Origin: Squalus acanthias
Lineage: Eukaryota
Direction: 5' to 3'
DNA length: 64,000 nucleotides
NCBI GenBank assembly: GCA_030390025.1
Contig: CM059432.1
Span: forward strand, 30,878,001 to 30,942,000
The position numbers were made by a program, and so were the translations under genes. Below, piece after piece: positions 46,562-58,815 of this stretch. Each line of letters starts with the position of its first letter. Position 1 is the first letter of the stretch. A model generated the notes under the pieces. It saw only the letters and a program-made list of their open reading frames with translations, was not told the origin of the DNA and made no database searches.

Positions 46562-48029
46562 TTTGTCTTCACAAGAACTGTGCAGTGGTCACTCCTACCA
46601 ATACCTTTGTGGACAGATGTGTATACAAGAGGTAGGTTGTTGAGGATGAGGTCAAGTAGGTTATTCCCTGAATACCTGATGCAAGTCCAGTCTGACAGCT
46701 AAATCTTTCAGAATTCAGTCAGTTTGGTCAGTGCTGGTACCGCCGAGCCACCTTTGGTGATAGACATTGAGACTGACAAACTGGACTCCTGCCCAGAACA
46801 GGCACGGTCAGCAGAGCGTCTGCTCCGCCTGCCATTTCATGCCAACCTGAGGCCCGAACCAAATTGGGGTTTGGGCTTCATTGAAGTGCCACCGGCGAGC
46901 TGTGGGCACCAAATGGGCATCCTGCTGCAGCTTGCCGGTTATGGGAGTACAGGAAATTGGCTGGCTTTTACGCTGTGACGGCAGGCAGGTCAGATTTGTG
47001 TGGGGTGGGGGGAACAATCCTGAGGGGGGCCTCAAATGTGGCAGCTGCGGGCTGGTGTATTTTTGTGGGCCCTGGAAATATGACAGGTCTCCCTATCTGT
47101 CACAACCTGTTCAGGAACAAACAGAAGAAGTGGAATACAGCTCCATAAAATTAAACAAAGTTCTCATCTCCACTATTCTACCATGGCCTAGCCCGCTCCA
47201 CCTCCCCAGTGTAGCAGCAGAGGATCAGCACGTTTCATGAAAGAATACACATCATAACTTATTATTTTATCTTTCCATGAAATACAATCGACAAAAAATA
47301 TATATCCCGATATCGTTAGAAGTCTTTGGGCTTGGCCACATAATATGGTCCCTTCATCCAATCAACTGATCACATAGCACTAGGCATCACTGTCAAGAAT
47401 ATCAGTAGTTTCTGCCAGAAGTTTACCCCAAGATAAACTCTAAACAACACCAAGTTTCCCATTCATAGCTTGTGCAGACTCCTTTCAGATCAACGTATTT
47501 CCTGAGTAACCACGAGCAATGACACAGAGATCCACTGTATATATCTACAGCTTCTTTCACTACACTGGGAAACAATCATGCCTGATTAAAAAACCTGCCT
47601 TACCATTAACCAGGTCTTAATTAGTTGGCTTCAACCAGGAATCCTTCTGAAAAAAATAGGACAGAAGGGATCAATTTTCATACCATTAACATTCATGCTC
47701 TTTTCATTCATGATCTTCTCATTCTTCCAGTTTGTTAAACCACACTGGTCTTCTCAGTGGATTAATCAGCAAGCCTGCTTTAAACATTTAAATGTGTTTA
47801 AACATTCAAAGTCCTCTGTAGTTGGTGCAATGTATTAAATGTTAATTGAAAATAAACACTTCAGTAAACAGACCAGGAATGGTCCAGTGGCATCAATTGG
47901 CAGGACTTTGTGTTTTAATAAAAGAAAGCATTGTTACTGAACTCACAAGCAGGGCCAAAAGGCATCCACGAAAGTGGGGCATTCTATTCACGAGTACCTG
48001 CACGTCACAGAAAATGATAATTTTCTCTT

Positions 48030-48435
48030 CTTTTTTCTCCTGTGGGTGTTGACTCCTATTGAGAGACAGCTCCCTCCTACTGACAGTGACAGCCCTCCAG
48101 TTGCTAGGCTAAATGGACACATTTCACATATGATCCTACAGTGAGCGTCAGCTAGTGACTCAGCTGTTGGGACGGGGAGAGGATTGGCTTCACAGTCGAA
48201 CCTGATCCTGTCCTCACCCAATGCCCAGTAACACGTCCTTTCCAGTGTAAATCTCTGAGCAGTGGTCAGGATGCAGTAGGCCTCGCTGATCTATATGACC
48301 CTTTCCCATTCTCCACCCAGGAGCACTGAGGCCTGTAACTTGACCAAGACTTGGCTGAGATCTGCACAGACCATGGTTCAAACCAGGCATCTGTCGTTAC
48401 CATATGTGTTGCATTTACTCACTGAACCACTGGGG
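48030..48435 (-). mobile_element. Decayed tRNA-headed SINE, family of 1720-1975
   Basis: Minus-strand head GTGGTTCAGTGAGTAAATGCA..GGTTTGAACC; body similar to 1720-1975. Confidence 0.5.
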
Positions 48436-48715
48436 AGCTTCTGGTTATTTCCATTATCTCTCCAGAACCTTTGAAGCCTCCACTCGACAGCAGACTTGCC
48501 ACATTCAATAATGCTGGTTGGTGCCAACAGCACTAAACAGCCCCTAATGTGTTGCTAGCTCAGTCAGGGGTAAATAGCTGGTGCAACAAATGAACACGTC
48601 ACACTGATGCAGTAGGTAGCCCTCTTCAGCTGAGACAATTTGTGGGATGGAGTGTAGGGAGCTTCTGAAGCTAGCCGATACTGTATCTGATCTGGGAACA
48701 TTAGACAGTACACTA

Positions 48716-49316
48716 GGGGGGGAATTTTAACCCAAAAAAAGGTGAATTCTGACCCCAACCCACCTACAACCCACCCACCTCCGGGTTTAACGGAGGCAGG
48801 ATGGCAGCATGTGGAGCCAACCCGCTCCCAGGAGGCGGGTTGGTACTTTAAATATTATAATAAGGCTGGAAGCCTCTGATTTAACCTTCTGTGCAGGTTT
48901 AACTGTGGCCGGCCGGGGATCCCAGGCCTCGGGATTCCCAGCAGCTGCAGTGAGGCGAGCACAGCCTCGGGGAGCAATCCTTGTGGGCCGTGAGGAGCAG
49001 GAGGGCTTCACCCTGGCGCCCAAGCTCCCCCACCATCAGCCCCTCACCCCATACAAACTGTGCCCCCCCACTCCTCCCCGGGATCAGATCCCCCCCACCC
49101 CGCGGTCGGGGCTTGCACCTACCTGTGGTTGCAGCCACTTGTCCAGTGTTTCCCGCCTGACTGGAAGCCAGATTGTCAATCAGGCTGAATTCCGGGCGGG
49201 GAACATGTCCATGACATCACACGCACGCTGTGGAGTTAAAATCTCCGGACATCCAGGTTTCCCGTGCTCTACTGGACCCCCCTGCTCCCGGCAGGTCAAA
49301 AACTTAAAATTCCGGC
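48716..49316. mobile_element. Harbinger-type MITE
   Basis: Ends GGGGGAATTTTAA / TTAAAATTCCGGC; related to 25782-26397; TSD not exact. Confidence 0.7.
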
Positions 49317-49472
49317 ATGAAATGGTGAAACTATCCCATTCCTGAGCTTTATTTTTTTCCTTGCCTCAATGAACACGAAAATGTGTAATAGCTTAAAAGA
49401 CTGCCATAGTCATGAATGGAAACCATCAAGATATTGCTATTAAACCTTAAGTGATGGAGTCTAGACATAGAA

Positions 49473-49870
49473 GCATTAGCTTGGCTCAGTTGATATTCTT
49501 CTTGCAGCTGGGCCTGAGTATTATCCTACACCAGTGGTTTGAGGCCTTAATTCATGCTGACATTCCAAAGGAGCACCAAGGGAGTACTGTACTATTGGAG
49601 GTACCGTCCTTTAAATTAGATGCTAATCTTAGGTCCTGTTCTGACATTAAAAATTCCATGGTATCATTCGAAGAGGAACAGAGAGTTTCCTAAATAATAG
49701 TCCTTCCAAAGTCCACCTAAAACAAATTAACTGTTCATTCTTCTCATTGTTGTTTGTAAGATGTTGCTGCCATAGAATGACTACTGTGTTTGCTTACATA
49801 ACATTACTGCAAAAGTAATCCATTATGTGACGTGCTTTGAGATATTTTGTCATGACAAGGTGCTAAATAA
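49473..49870 (+). mobile_element. Decayed Deu-domain SINE
   Basis: TTGGCTCAGTTG head; co-linear with 42686-43148. Confidence 0.7.
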
Positions 49871-50258
49871 GGAACATCAGAATTGCTCGATGCAAAAACA
49901 CCAAGGCCCATCTGGTTCGCCTTCTACCATCCTGGTAGTCGCATGATACAATGATAATGGTGTTGTTGACTAATTATAGCAATCAATCTCTACCAATTAA
50001 TCCACAACAGACCCAGAAATGACACGAGGAGAGCCCCGGTGGTGAGCTTTGGGAACCATATGTCCAAAGTTACCTGTTCCGCCCAAGCATGCTACACTTA
50101 ACACATGTCATATCTCAAATTACTCGTGCTGGATACCAATATGTTATTTTCTAAAAGAAATCTACCTAATTTGCATCTGAATGTATCAATACTAACTGCT
50201 TCCGCCATCTCCCGAGGAAACCTGTTCCATAGATTGACCACTCACTCACTGAAATATT

Positions 50259-50446
50259 GGGTTTTATTTTAATCTAACTCGCTGGGCGGGAAATCTGCGG
50301 GATCGGGTGGAACGCTAGTTTTACACCCCAGCCAATATTATTCTCCATCGACTTCAATGGAGAGTAAAATCGGGCAGGGTGTGAAACCAGCGTTGCACCC
50401 GATCCCATCAGCTTTCTGATGGGCAGGTTAGGTTAAAATTGCCCCC
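50259..50446. mobile_element. Fold-back (fully palindromic) MITE
   Basis: Arms GGGATCGGGTG..TTTTACACCC / GGGTGTGAAA..CACCCGATCCC around CTCCATCGACTTCAATGGAG. Confidence 0.8.
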
Positions 50447-50964
50447 AGTTGTTTCCACAAAGTCCATGTATTATTATATTATCCATATATATTACTAATT
50501 TCTTCCATGAGACAATTAAGATTGGGACATACTCAGTTCTTGATCACCAGCAGCCTTAACTCTGTTAAAAAATATGACTACCTATAGTCTAGGATGGCAT
50601 AGCCAAAAGTTGCAAGACACCAACTCAATGGGTAACAAAAGCAGAGCATACCAACACTACCACCATTCCCCAGAATCAGTCCCCAGGACCATCTACAAGC
50701 TATTTTGTAAAGCTTGTTTGATAGCTGTGCCCCGTACACTGCATCTTATGTTCTGTCTTTGCATATAATGAGTGTCAACATGTTGCAACAGATGGAATGA
50801 ATGGTTGAGGCTGGGATACTGGACTCATTTAAGAAACAGATGCTATAATGGGAGGACGGTTGATATTCTGGAAGGATGAGACCAACTGGGTGGAAGAGAC
50901 TTCTTCATCCAAACTTAACTTTGTTACTTTAGGTGAGGTATGTTTCATGTTCCAGGGAAGGTCA

Positions 50965-51140
50965 TAAACTATTCAAAGCTGAGTTCGATAGATTTTTGGA
51001 CTCTAGGGGGATCAAGGGATAAGGGGATTGGGCGAGAAAGTGGAGTTGAGGTCGAAGATCAGCAATGATCTTATTGAATGGTGGAGCAGGCTCGAGGGGC
51101 TCTGTGGCCTACTCCTGCTCCTAATTTTTATGTCCTTATG
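50965..51140 (+). mobile_element. CR1 3' tail
   Basis: ATTCAAAGCTGAGTTCGATAGATTTTTGGA..GGAGCAGGCTCGAGGGGC..CCTACTCCTGCTCCT. Confidence 0.8.
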
Positions 51141-51757
51141 TAAGTCAAAAAATAATTCTTGTGCCCTGTTCTACAAGGAACGTAAGAAAAATCAAGGCTG
51201 ACAAAAGGAAAATTGGCCCTTCGAGGCTTGTCCCTCTAGTATCTTATACTCACAGTCTAACATCCCTCAGCTCCATAGCACCCAATTTTCATGCCGTTTT
51301 GTGACGGAAATGGTGTCCGCACCATACGCATACACTTCTGGTACATGCCGCGCCAGATGCCATCTTGGTGAGGGAGGTAGGGCGGGCGTTAGGAGCGTAT
51401 GCCAGAAGTAGGTTGAGAGGGCAGATCGTGACGTCACTCAGTGTGCAACGCTGATTTGACACCAGCGCTGCCATTTTTCATCCTCAATGCTGGAGCTAAC
51501 ACCCTGTCTTAACCTCGCACAGCTGAACATGCGTTCAGAAGCAGCAAGGACCCCTCCCCAGTGATATTTAAAGGAATCAGCAACCATTCTCAGGTTAGTT
51601 GCTCATTAATTTCTACGGGCTCTGTGTAAGTTTGTGGAACTGTTTGGAGCTTTCCAGAGTTCTTTAAAGTTGGTGAGGTGACAGGGAGTGGTGCTGCAAG
51701 TGGAGAAGGCCTTGGTTCTGACATCAAGGGTTCTGGTCAGACCACTTGCTCACAGTC

Positions 51758-52390
51758 ATGGATGCTCTAGGTGTCATCCCCCCTTGGCCTGCAGCATGAC
51801 AGTGAGATAGAGCAGAGACAGCAAAGAAGAGGACAAGCTGCTCGCAGAGGGAGGAGGAGGAGGGGAGCAGGCGACATCTGTAACATCTCTAATTTGCCGT
51901 CCACTACTGCATAAGAGAGGTGACAGATGCTCTTTATGCCAGGAGAGAGGAGTTCTCTCTGACCAGAGAGAAGCAGGCGGAGTGTGCATGTGGCTTTGCC
52001 AGGATAGTGGGCTTCCCCATAGTGCAGGGTGTCATCAACTGTACGCATGACTGTGAGCAAGTGGTCTGACCAGAACCCTTGATGTCAGAACCAAGGCCTT
52101 CTCCACTTGCAGCATCACTCCCTGTCAGCTCACCAACTTTAAAGAACTCTGGAAAGCTCCAAACAGTTCCACAAACTTACATCTAAATCCTGAGATGTAC
52201 CGCAACCGCAAAGGTTACCACTTGTTGAATATGCAGTTGGTGTGAGGGTACAGCTCTTGCCACAAAGCATATGGTGACCAGCTGAGGAGGAGGAGGAAGA
52301 AGTGGAAGAGGAAGAAGCGGAAGGGAGAAGGCAACCCAGACAGCCCCTTTCTGCCCGAGCTGTCCGTGATCTGCCTATGGCACCAGTGAA
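51758..52390 (+). pseudogene. Harbinger transposase remnant with large deletions and an inverted insertion
   Basis: GFARIVGFPIVQGVINCTH, NPEMYRNRKGYH, LNMQLV, acidic tail. Confidence 0.85.
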
Positions 52391-52558
52391 CTCGACCCCA
52401 ATTCCCCATTCAGCAATAGTCCCACACCTTACCTTCCCTCTGTTATTGACCATGACAGCATCCTCTTGGCCACAATGCTGAAATAAAAGCCACCACAAAA
52501 GAAATATGCCAATCCAACTTTATACATCACTCCATCCAATATTACATAACAAAATCAA

Positions 52559-54410
52559 CTAATCACCCTTGTGCATTACATTAGTGCCTGTCTTCCGTGT
52601 GCCTTTGCCTGTCGAAGTGCTACCCAAGTGGCTGCAGCATGGCTGGTGGAAGGCTGCTGACTTCAGTGGAGGAGCCTGCAGATGGCCTTGCAGGATGACC
52701 TCGAGCATCTCTGTGCCTAGAAGGCCCGGCTGTGGACTGCACCACCTCGGCATGGGCAGCAGTAGTCTGGATGGCTGACAGGCCACAGCAAAGGCGGAGT
52801 GGCAATGGTGGGAGGACGAATGCTGTCATCCTGAGAGAGGACTGCAGGTCTGTGCTTCACGGAGCCACTACCACTCCCCCGGAGCGGCACCTCAGCAATC
52901 CTAGTAATCTGTTGGAGGACAGACTGCTGGACTGCTGTGACACCCTGCAAGCCCTTTTCCACACTGGTAAACCCAGCCATGATGGCAGCAGTCTGAACCT
53001 GCATGAGGGCAGTCTGAACTTGCATGACAGAGGTCTGAGCTTCCACTGCAGCACTCAGTCGTTGGGTGGCTTCTGCTTGTGCTGCAATGGAAGCTAAAAA
53101 ACCAGCCATCAGATGTTGCATCATGGTTGGGTCCAAAAGTGCGCTAATAGAGTTCCCCATCACTTCCATGCTGGAAATCATGGGCTCCAAGCTCTGCATA
53201 AATCGCTGTACAAGGTTGGGGCCAGACTCGTTCATGCTCCTTGACATTTCTGGCAGGTCTGCCAATGCACCAAGCATTTCACTGTGCATACCCATCAGCA
53301 TTCTTCTGTAGGCTGCCCCTTCGAAGTCCTCATCTGAGTCCTCTGCAGCAGAACTCATGTGCGACCTCGCCCTCCGGGAAGTTGGCACCTGCGCTACCCT
53401 TTCCCCCTGCCCTGGCTGCAGGCCACTCATGTCAGGTGTCTCACCACATGCCGATCCCACCTCTAACCTCTCCTCTAAACTACGCAGAGTGTCAGTATCT
53501 GAGCTGGTGGCTGCGAGTGTGAAAAGGAGTGACGGTGCTGTGTCTTCATCATCAGTGCTTTGGTGCTCATCTATTTCGTGCTCCTCCACCAGTGCCTAAC
53601 TAGGTGTCAGTTCTTGGCTATCAGAAAGGAGAAAGGCACAAGGCTAAGGTTGTGGTGAGGGGAGGCGGGGGGGTGGGGGGAAGCAAGAGGTGCATGTTTA
53701 CACCAATTGCAGCTTGTAAATCAGAAGAGATTGTGGGATGGGGGAAGTGGGATATGGGAAGGAGGATTCCGCATGAGGATACCAGCATCTTGTATTCTTT
53801 CAGCCCGCCGCTGACCACAGGCTCACCAATAGCCCTCCCAATAATGGCCAGAACCATCTCCTCCATTGGGCATCAGGTTATGAAGGTGTGCCTGTCCCCT
53901 GCCGGTTAGGCCCTGCTGGCGTCAGTTGTGAGCCAGCTTGTCCTGCAAGAGAAGGAGAAGTGTGTCAGTGAGTGTGGTGCAATGTGTTTGGGTGATATGT
54001 CTGTCATGGTTGAATAGCTGACAGTGTGTGCATGCTGTGAGTGGGAGTGTGTGTGAGAGTGAGGTGAAGCTAGGAATGTGAGGTATGAATCATGTTTGGT
54101 AGAGATTGTTCGTTGGTGAGTGATGGGGGTGTGGTGCATTGAGCAGTGTGTGAGGCTAGTGGTGCAGATGCTGGGATATGGCATTTGAAGATTAATCCAC
54201 TGACCTTGACCACTCATGTGAGGTTGTTAATCTTCTTACTGCACTGCGTCCAGGTCCTCGGGCTATACTGCTGGCATTCACCACAACGGCTATCTGCTCC
54301 CACTGGATTTTATGTATTTGCCTGGAGGACTTCCTGTGGAAACAGGACCTTCTGCACCAAGGCCTCCAGTGCTGCATCTGGAGCACGCTCTTTCCCCTGT
54401 TGTAACATCA
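52559..54410 (-). pseudogene. Myb/SANT-like gene of element C
   Basis: ORF 52717..53589 (MHSEMLGALA..AVLSQDDSI..) matches exon 3 of A; exon 1 and 2 remnants at ~54205-54410 and ~53780-53943. Confidence 0.85.
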
Positions 54411-55926
54411 TGGTTTTTTTTTTCTCCTCTCACTCTCTTCCCCAGCCACTTGAATGAGCTGCTGCAGGCAGAATGCACCTCCCCTTTAAGAGGTGCAGAC
54501 TGCCTTTAAGAAGTGCAGTCTAGCTTTAATTGGCACTACCCTCGCAAGAACTTGGGCCCCCTGCGGAGCGTTCAGCCACTCAGCAGCGCGTTCAGCGTTG
54601 GGCTGAACAGCACAATCATGCTAATCAGCAGGCAGCACAAAGTTAGCATGCTATCTGCAATACTTTGAATGGGCACGGGTTGATCGGGCATCCCGGTCGG
54701 TCCCCGCACCCGTTTTCGGGGGCAGAAGAATTTTTAGCCCATTGTGTTCTGAGCATCCCAAAAGCCTTCCTAATATATGTGCCAAATTATTCCCCTTTGC
54801 GTGAATAAGTTTCATCTGATATCTAACTTAAATTAATTTTCACTTAATTATATTTATGACGACTGTTCTACCGATCCTGCCCTATTTTAAATAAACACTC
54901 TGGATTTACATTATCTCACCACTTAATATTTTATGTAACTCAATGGGGGCCTGAAACACAATCTACTCATCTCGCCGTGCACAATTTCAATTATCTGTAA
55001 AATACTGCAGTAAGATAACTTCTGAAAATACCGCAGAGAAAAATTGAGACAGAAAAGAAAATGAGGCAGATCAGCAGACAAGCAAATAATGTGAAACATG
55101 CTTGCAAATTCTTCCAGCAATCAAAGTTACAAAGTACCTTTTGAAAATGAATTCAACTTGAAATATCACTTCGCAAGTATTCCAGAATGAACCTCAACCT
55201 CTGTTCCCCAGCAAACTCAAAAATCTCCATCCAGTCTACAGGACACCTGTTCCTTTCCCTAAATACAAAAAGTTCTGATAGAAATGTTTTTAGGATTTGA
55301 ACTGATCATCGCAAGGAGCTGAGAAAAACAAGAAATAATTTTATCTGTTTTCTTACCCACACTCTGGCAGATTACATAGAATTACATAGAATTTACAGTA
55401 CAGAAACAGGCCAACTGGTCTTTTATATTGCACATGAGATTCCTTATACCCTGCCTCCATTCCTCTATTCCCTTCTCCCTCATGTATGCATCAAGCCTCC
55501 CCTTCAATGCATCAATGCTTCAATCAATCCATCTGGCGGCGAGTTCCACATTTTCACTACTCTGTGTAAAGAAATTCCTCCTAAATATCTCTTTAACGTG
55601 ACAGGAATGTACAGGTAAATTTCTCAGACACGTCAATACAAGTCTGCCACTTGTACAGATTTCCTTCCACACTGCCATGTCCAGTGAAAAACCCTTCCCC
55701 TGTATTACCCAGTATCTTTCAAGTTTTACCTCTCACCCTTTGATCACCAACAGCTACTCAAAGACCAGAAATAACTTTATTACCATAACTATTAAGAATG
55801 AAAGACTTGCATTTGTAAAGTATATTAATACATCTCTCAGAAACCTCTCAAAACCATTCACATAAGTGCAGTGTGACTATTGTTATGTGGGAAAACACAT
55901 AGCAATCCCGACAATGATATGCATAG

Positions 55927-56470
55927 TTAGTTCTGATGAAAGGTCATCGACCTGAAGCATTGAGGGAAATGTTCCGGGGGGTCAGCGGGCGCGATCGGTG
56001 GTGGGTCAGGTGGGAAAATGTTTTTTTTTACATTGGAAAGGAAGAGGACCTCCTTGCGTGCTGTGACTCCCTCCATAAGCATATGGGAGAGCCTGGGTGC
56101 AGCCGTGTACCTCTGTGCAGTGCTTGTCAGTGTTTGCAGCAACTCAATGCTGTAGAGCACTGACAGCACAAATGTCAAAATCAATTTGCGCATGGTCCCT
56201 TTAAGGAAACCGTCTGATGACGCGTCATCAAATGACGTCATCAGACCCGCTTCCTTCAATTGGCCGGCAAATGCGCTGGGCGGGCTTAACAAGCCCAATT
56301 AGGGGAAAATAATTTTGGACAGCAGGATGGAGCCAGCAGCAAGGCCAAGACCCGTCATCGGCATCGCCCGCCACAGACCCTGCCAAGGTTGGTAAAATCC
56401 AGCCCGTTAACTCTGTTTCTCTCTCCACAGATGCTGCCTGACCTGCTGAGTATTTCCAGCATTTTCAGGT
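55927..56470 (+). mobile_element. Penelope pLTR fragment with a hammerhead-like motif, split by a MITE
   Basis: AGTT-CTGATGA-A-AGGTC atc GACCT-GAAG-C|GTT-AACT rejoins across 55962-56405, followed by CCACAGATGCTGCCTGACCTGCTGAG. Confidence 0.7.
55962..56405 (-). mobile_element. Harbinger deletion derivative retaining the start of a Myb-like gene
   Basis: Right end AAAATCCAGCCC; flanks ATT / GTT; minus-strand AAPRLS..LMEGVTARKEVLF. Confidence 0.8.
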
Positions 56471-57200
56471 TTTTTAAATTCATTTGCGGGATGTGGGCGT
56501 TGCTGGCAAGGCCAGCATTTATTGCCCATCCCTACGTGCCCTTGAAAAGATGGTGGTGAGCTGCCTTCTGGAACCGTTGCAGTCCATGTGGTGAAGGCAC
56601 TTCCACAGTGCTGTTAGGGAGGGAGTTCCAGGATTTTGACCCAGCAACAATGAAGGAATGGCAATATGTTTCCAAGTCAATATGATGTGTGACTTGGAGG
56701 GGAACTTGGAGCTGCTAGTGTTCCCATGCATCGGTTGCCTTTGTCCTTCTAGGTGAAAGAGGTCGTGGGTTTGGGAGGTGCTGTCGAAGAAGCCTTGGTG
56801 AGTTGCTTCAGTGCATCTTGTAGATGGTACACACTGCAGACACGATGCGCCGGTGGTGGAGGGAGTGAATGTTTAAGGTGGTGGATGGGGGTGCCAATCA
56901 AACGGGCTGATTTGTCCTGGATGGTGTCGAGTGTCTTGAGTGTTGTTGGAGCTGCGCTCAGTCAGGCAAGTGGAGAGTATTACATCACACTCCTGACTTG
57001 TGCCTTGTAGATGGTGGAAAGGCCATTAACCATGAGGTTACAGATTGTGGTGGAATACAATTCAGCTGCTGATGGCCCACAGCCCCTCATGGATGCCCAG
57101 TTTTGAGCTGCTAGATCAGTTCTGAATCTATCCCATTTAGCACGGTGGTAGTGCCACACAACACGATGACGAGTGTCCTCAGTGTGAAGGACAAGGTACT
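56470..57200 (-). mobile_element. Second-family LINE, internally deleted
   Basis: 3' end matches 37392; RVVWHYHRAKWDRFRTDL is fused to LSTIYKAQVRSVM. Confidence 0.85.
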
Positions 57201-57949
57201 GGTGAGTGACCAGCATTCATGGAATTATAACTCAGGATAGGAAGGGAGAAAACTGGGAAACAAAGTATCCTATCCCTGTGAGCTCTGCAGTGTACATTAA
57301 AAAATAGCCTGGGGTGACTTCAAGGTTGATAGCTATAAACTAGGCACATTTTTCTTTATTGTCCTGTAATGATTCCCAGGTATCCATTATTCTCTGGCCA
57401 GGGCAGGCAAGGTAACACTTTGCTCTCTGGGGTTAATTTTTACTGTGGGCAATAGTGTAAAATGGGCAATTGGGAGAGATATATAAAGGGTAGCCAATCT
57501 GAAATTGTCTGTTTTACATGATCACCAAAAGTCAAATTTATCCCTTCTCTCTCTCTTTTCTTCCTTTGTTACCCGAGGCACCAGTACACTCTTCACCTTC
57601 TAAAAATAAGAGCTGTACAGCTAGTCTTTCACAATGTTTGTGGGTTAAAACGAACACTAGCTTCACAAAATTTTTGCTGGAGAAACTTGCACACAGCAAT
57701 GCCCGTGAGAGGCGGGATACCAGAGGAAGCATCCCCTGCAACAAGGAGCTCACCCATCAGTCTGACTCTCCTCTGTTCTTAGAGGAGGATCATTACTATT
57801 GACCAGAACATTGGGAGTGCAATGATTCAGGCCACTGGCCTCCAAGTCCAACTTTTCAATCCACACTTGTGTAGAATGAGGATCTGAGCCAGAATCCTCG
57901 CCCGCGTGTGATACATCATTCTGTTGAGAGTAACTAGAACGTACATGAT

Positions 57950-58815
57950 GGGCTGGATTTTACCTGCCGAGACGTGTTGGGAGCGGGACTGCTGCCTCTG
58001 GGTTCTAGTCCCGCCCCCAGCGATGTTAGATGCACAGATGCTATTTTCCCCTGATTGGCCTTGTTAAGCCCGCCCTGCGGGCTTGCTGGCCAATTAAGGG
58101 AAAGCCGGTGTCAGATGACGTCAGTTGATGACGCTTCATCTGCCGGTTTACTTAAAGGGACATGTACCATTTATTTTTGACAGATGATTTGTCAGTGTTT
58201 GACAGCATTGAGGTGCTGTCAAACACTGACAATCACTGTACAAAGGTGAGCTCTTGCACCCATGCTCTCCAATGACTCTCTCCTTAGGATAAAACAGATG
58301 GCAGCTGCAGGTGAGGTTACAGAAGCGATCTGTCACTTCTCCCAATGAGGTGAGGCCACACAAACACTTCAATGCTTGTCACCTACAGAAAAATCTAAAC
58401 ACATTAAAAATGACTTTCCCAACATCTCCTTACCTCTGATACTCACCAGTGTCCCATTGGATCCTTCACACCAGTTCTGCAGCTGCCATCTATACACAAA
58501 CATTACAACAGACCCACAGCACGCCTCACTTACCCTGGCGGGGTTGCCCGACGTCGGGAAGCCTGCAGCAGAAGTCTCAAAATGGGAAAAAGCCTCTTAA
58601 CTGCCTGTTAACTACCTGTTAACAGGCAGTTAAGTGGCTATAATCCTCTTCCCGCTGCTGGGAGTCAGGTCCCTGTGTAAATCGGGGACCCGACTCCCGG
58701 GAAGATTGTTTGGAGGCGGGTTGGGAGCGGGTTCGGGACCCGCTCCCATTCTTTTTGATTTTGCCAGCAGTCCCACCTCCAAACCCGCCTCCTCAGGGCT
58801 GGTAAAATCCAGCCC
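57950..58815. mobile_element. Harbinger MITE (GGGCTGGATTTT ends), related to 40387-41138
   Basis: TIR GGGCTGGATTTTACC / GGTAAAATCCAGCCC; shared internal blocks; flanking triplets GAT / ATT do not match. Confidence 0.88.

Larger units (their letters stand above)
51278..54740 (-). mobile_element. Decayed two-gene Harbinger element C
   Basis: Right end AATTTTTAGCCC; transposase remnants (+) convergent with a 3-exon Myb-like remnant (-); left boundary approximate. Confidence 0.85.

Noticed and set aside
54990..55145. Possible plus-strand exon (KIETEKKMRQISRQ..)
   Set aside because: Short, stop-bounded and without recognisable homology.
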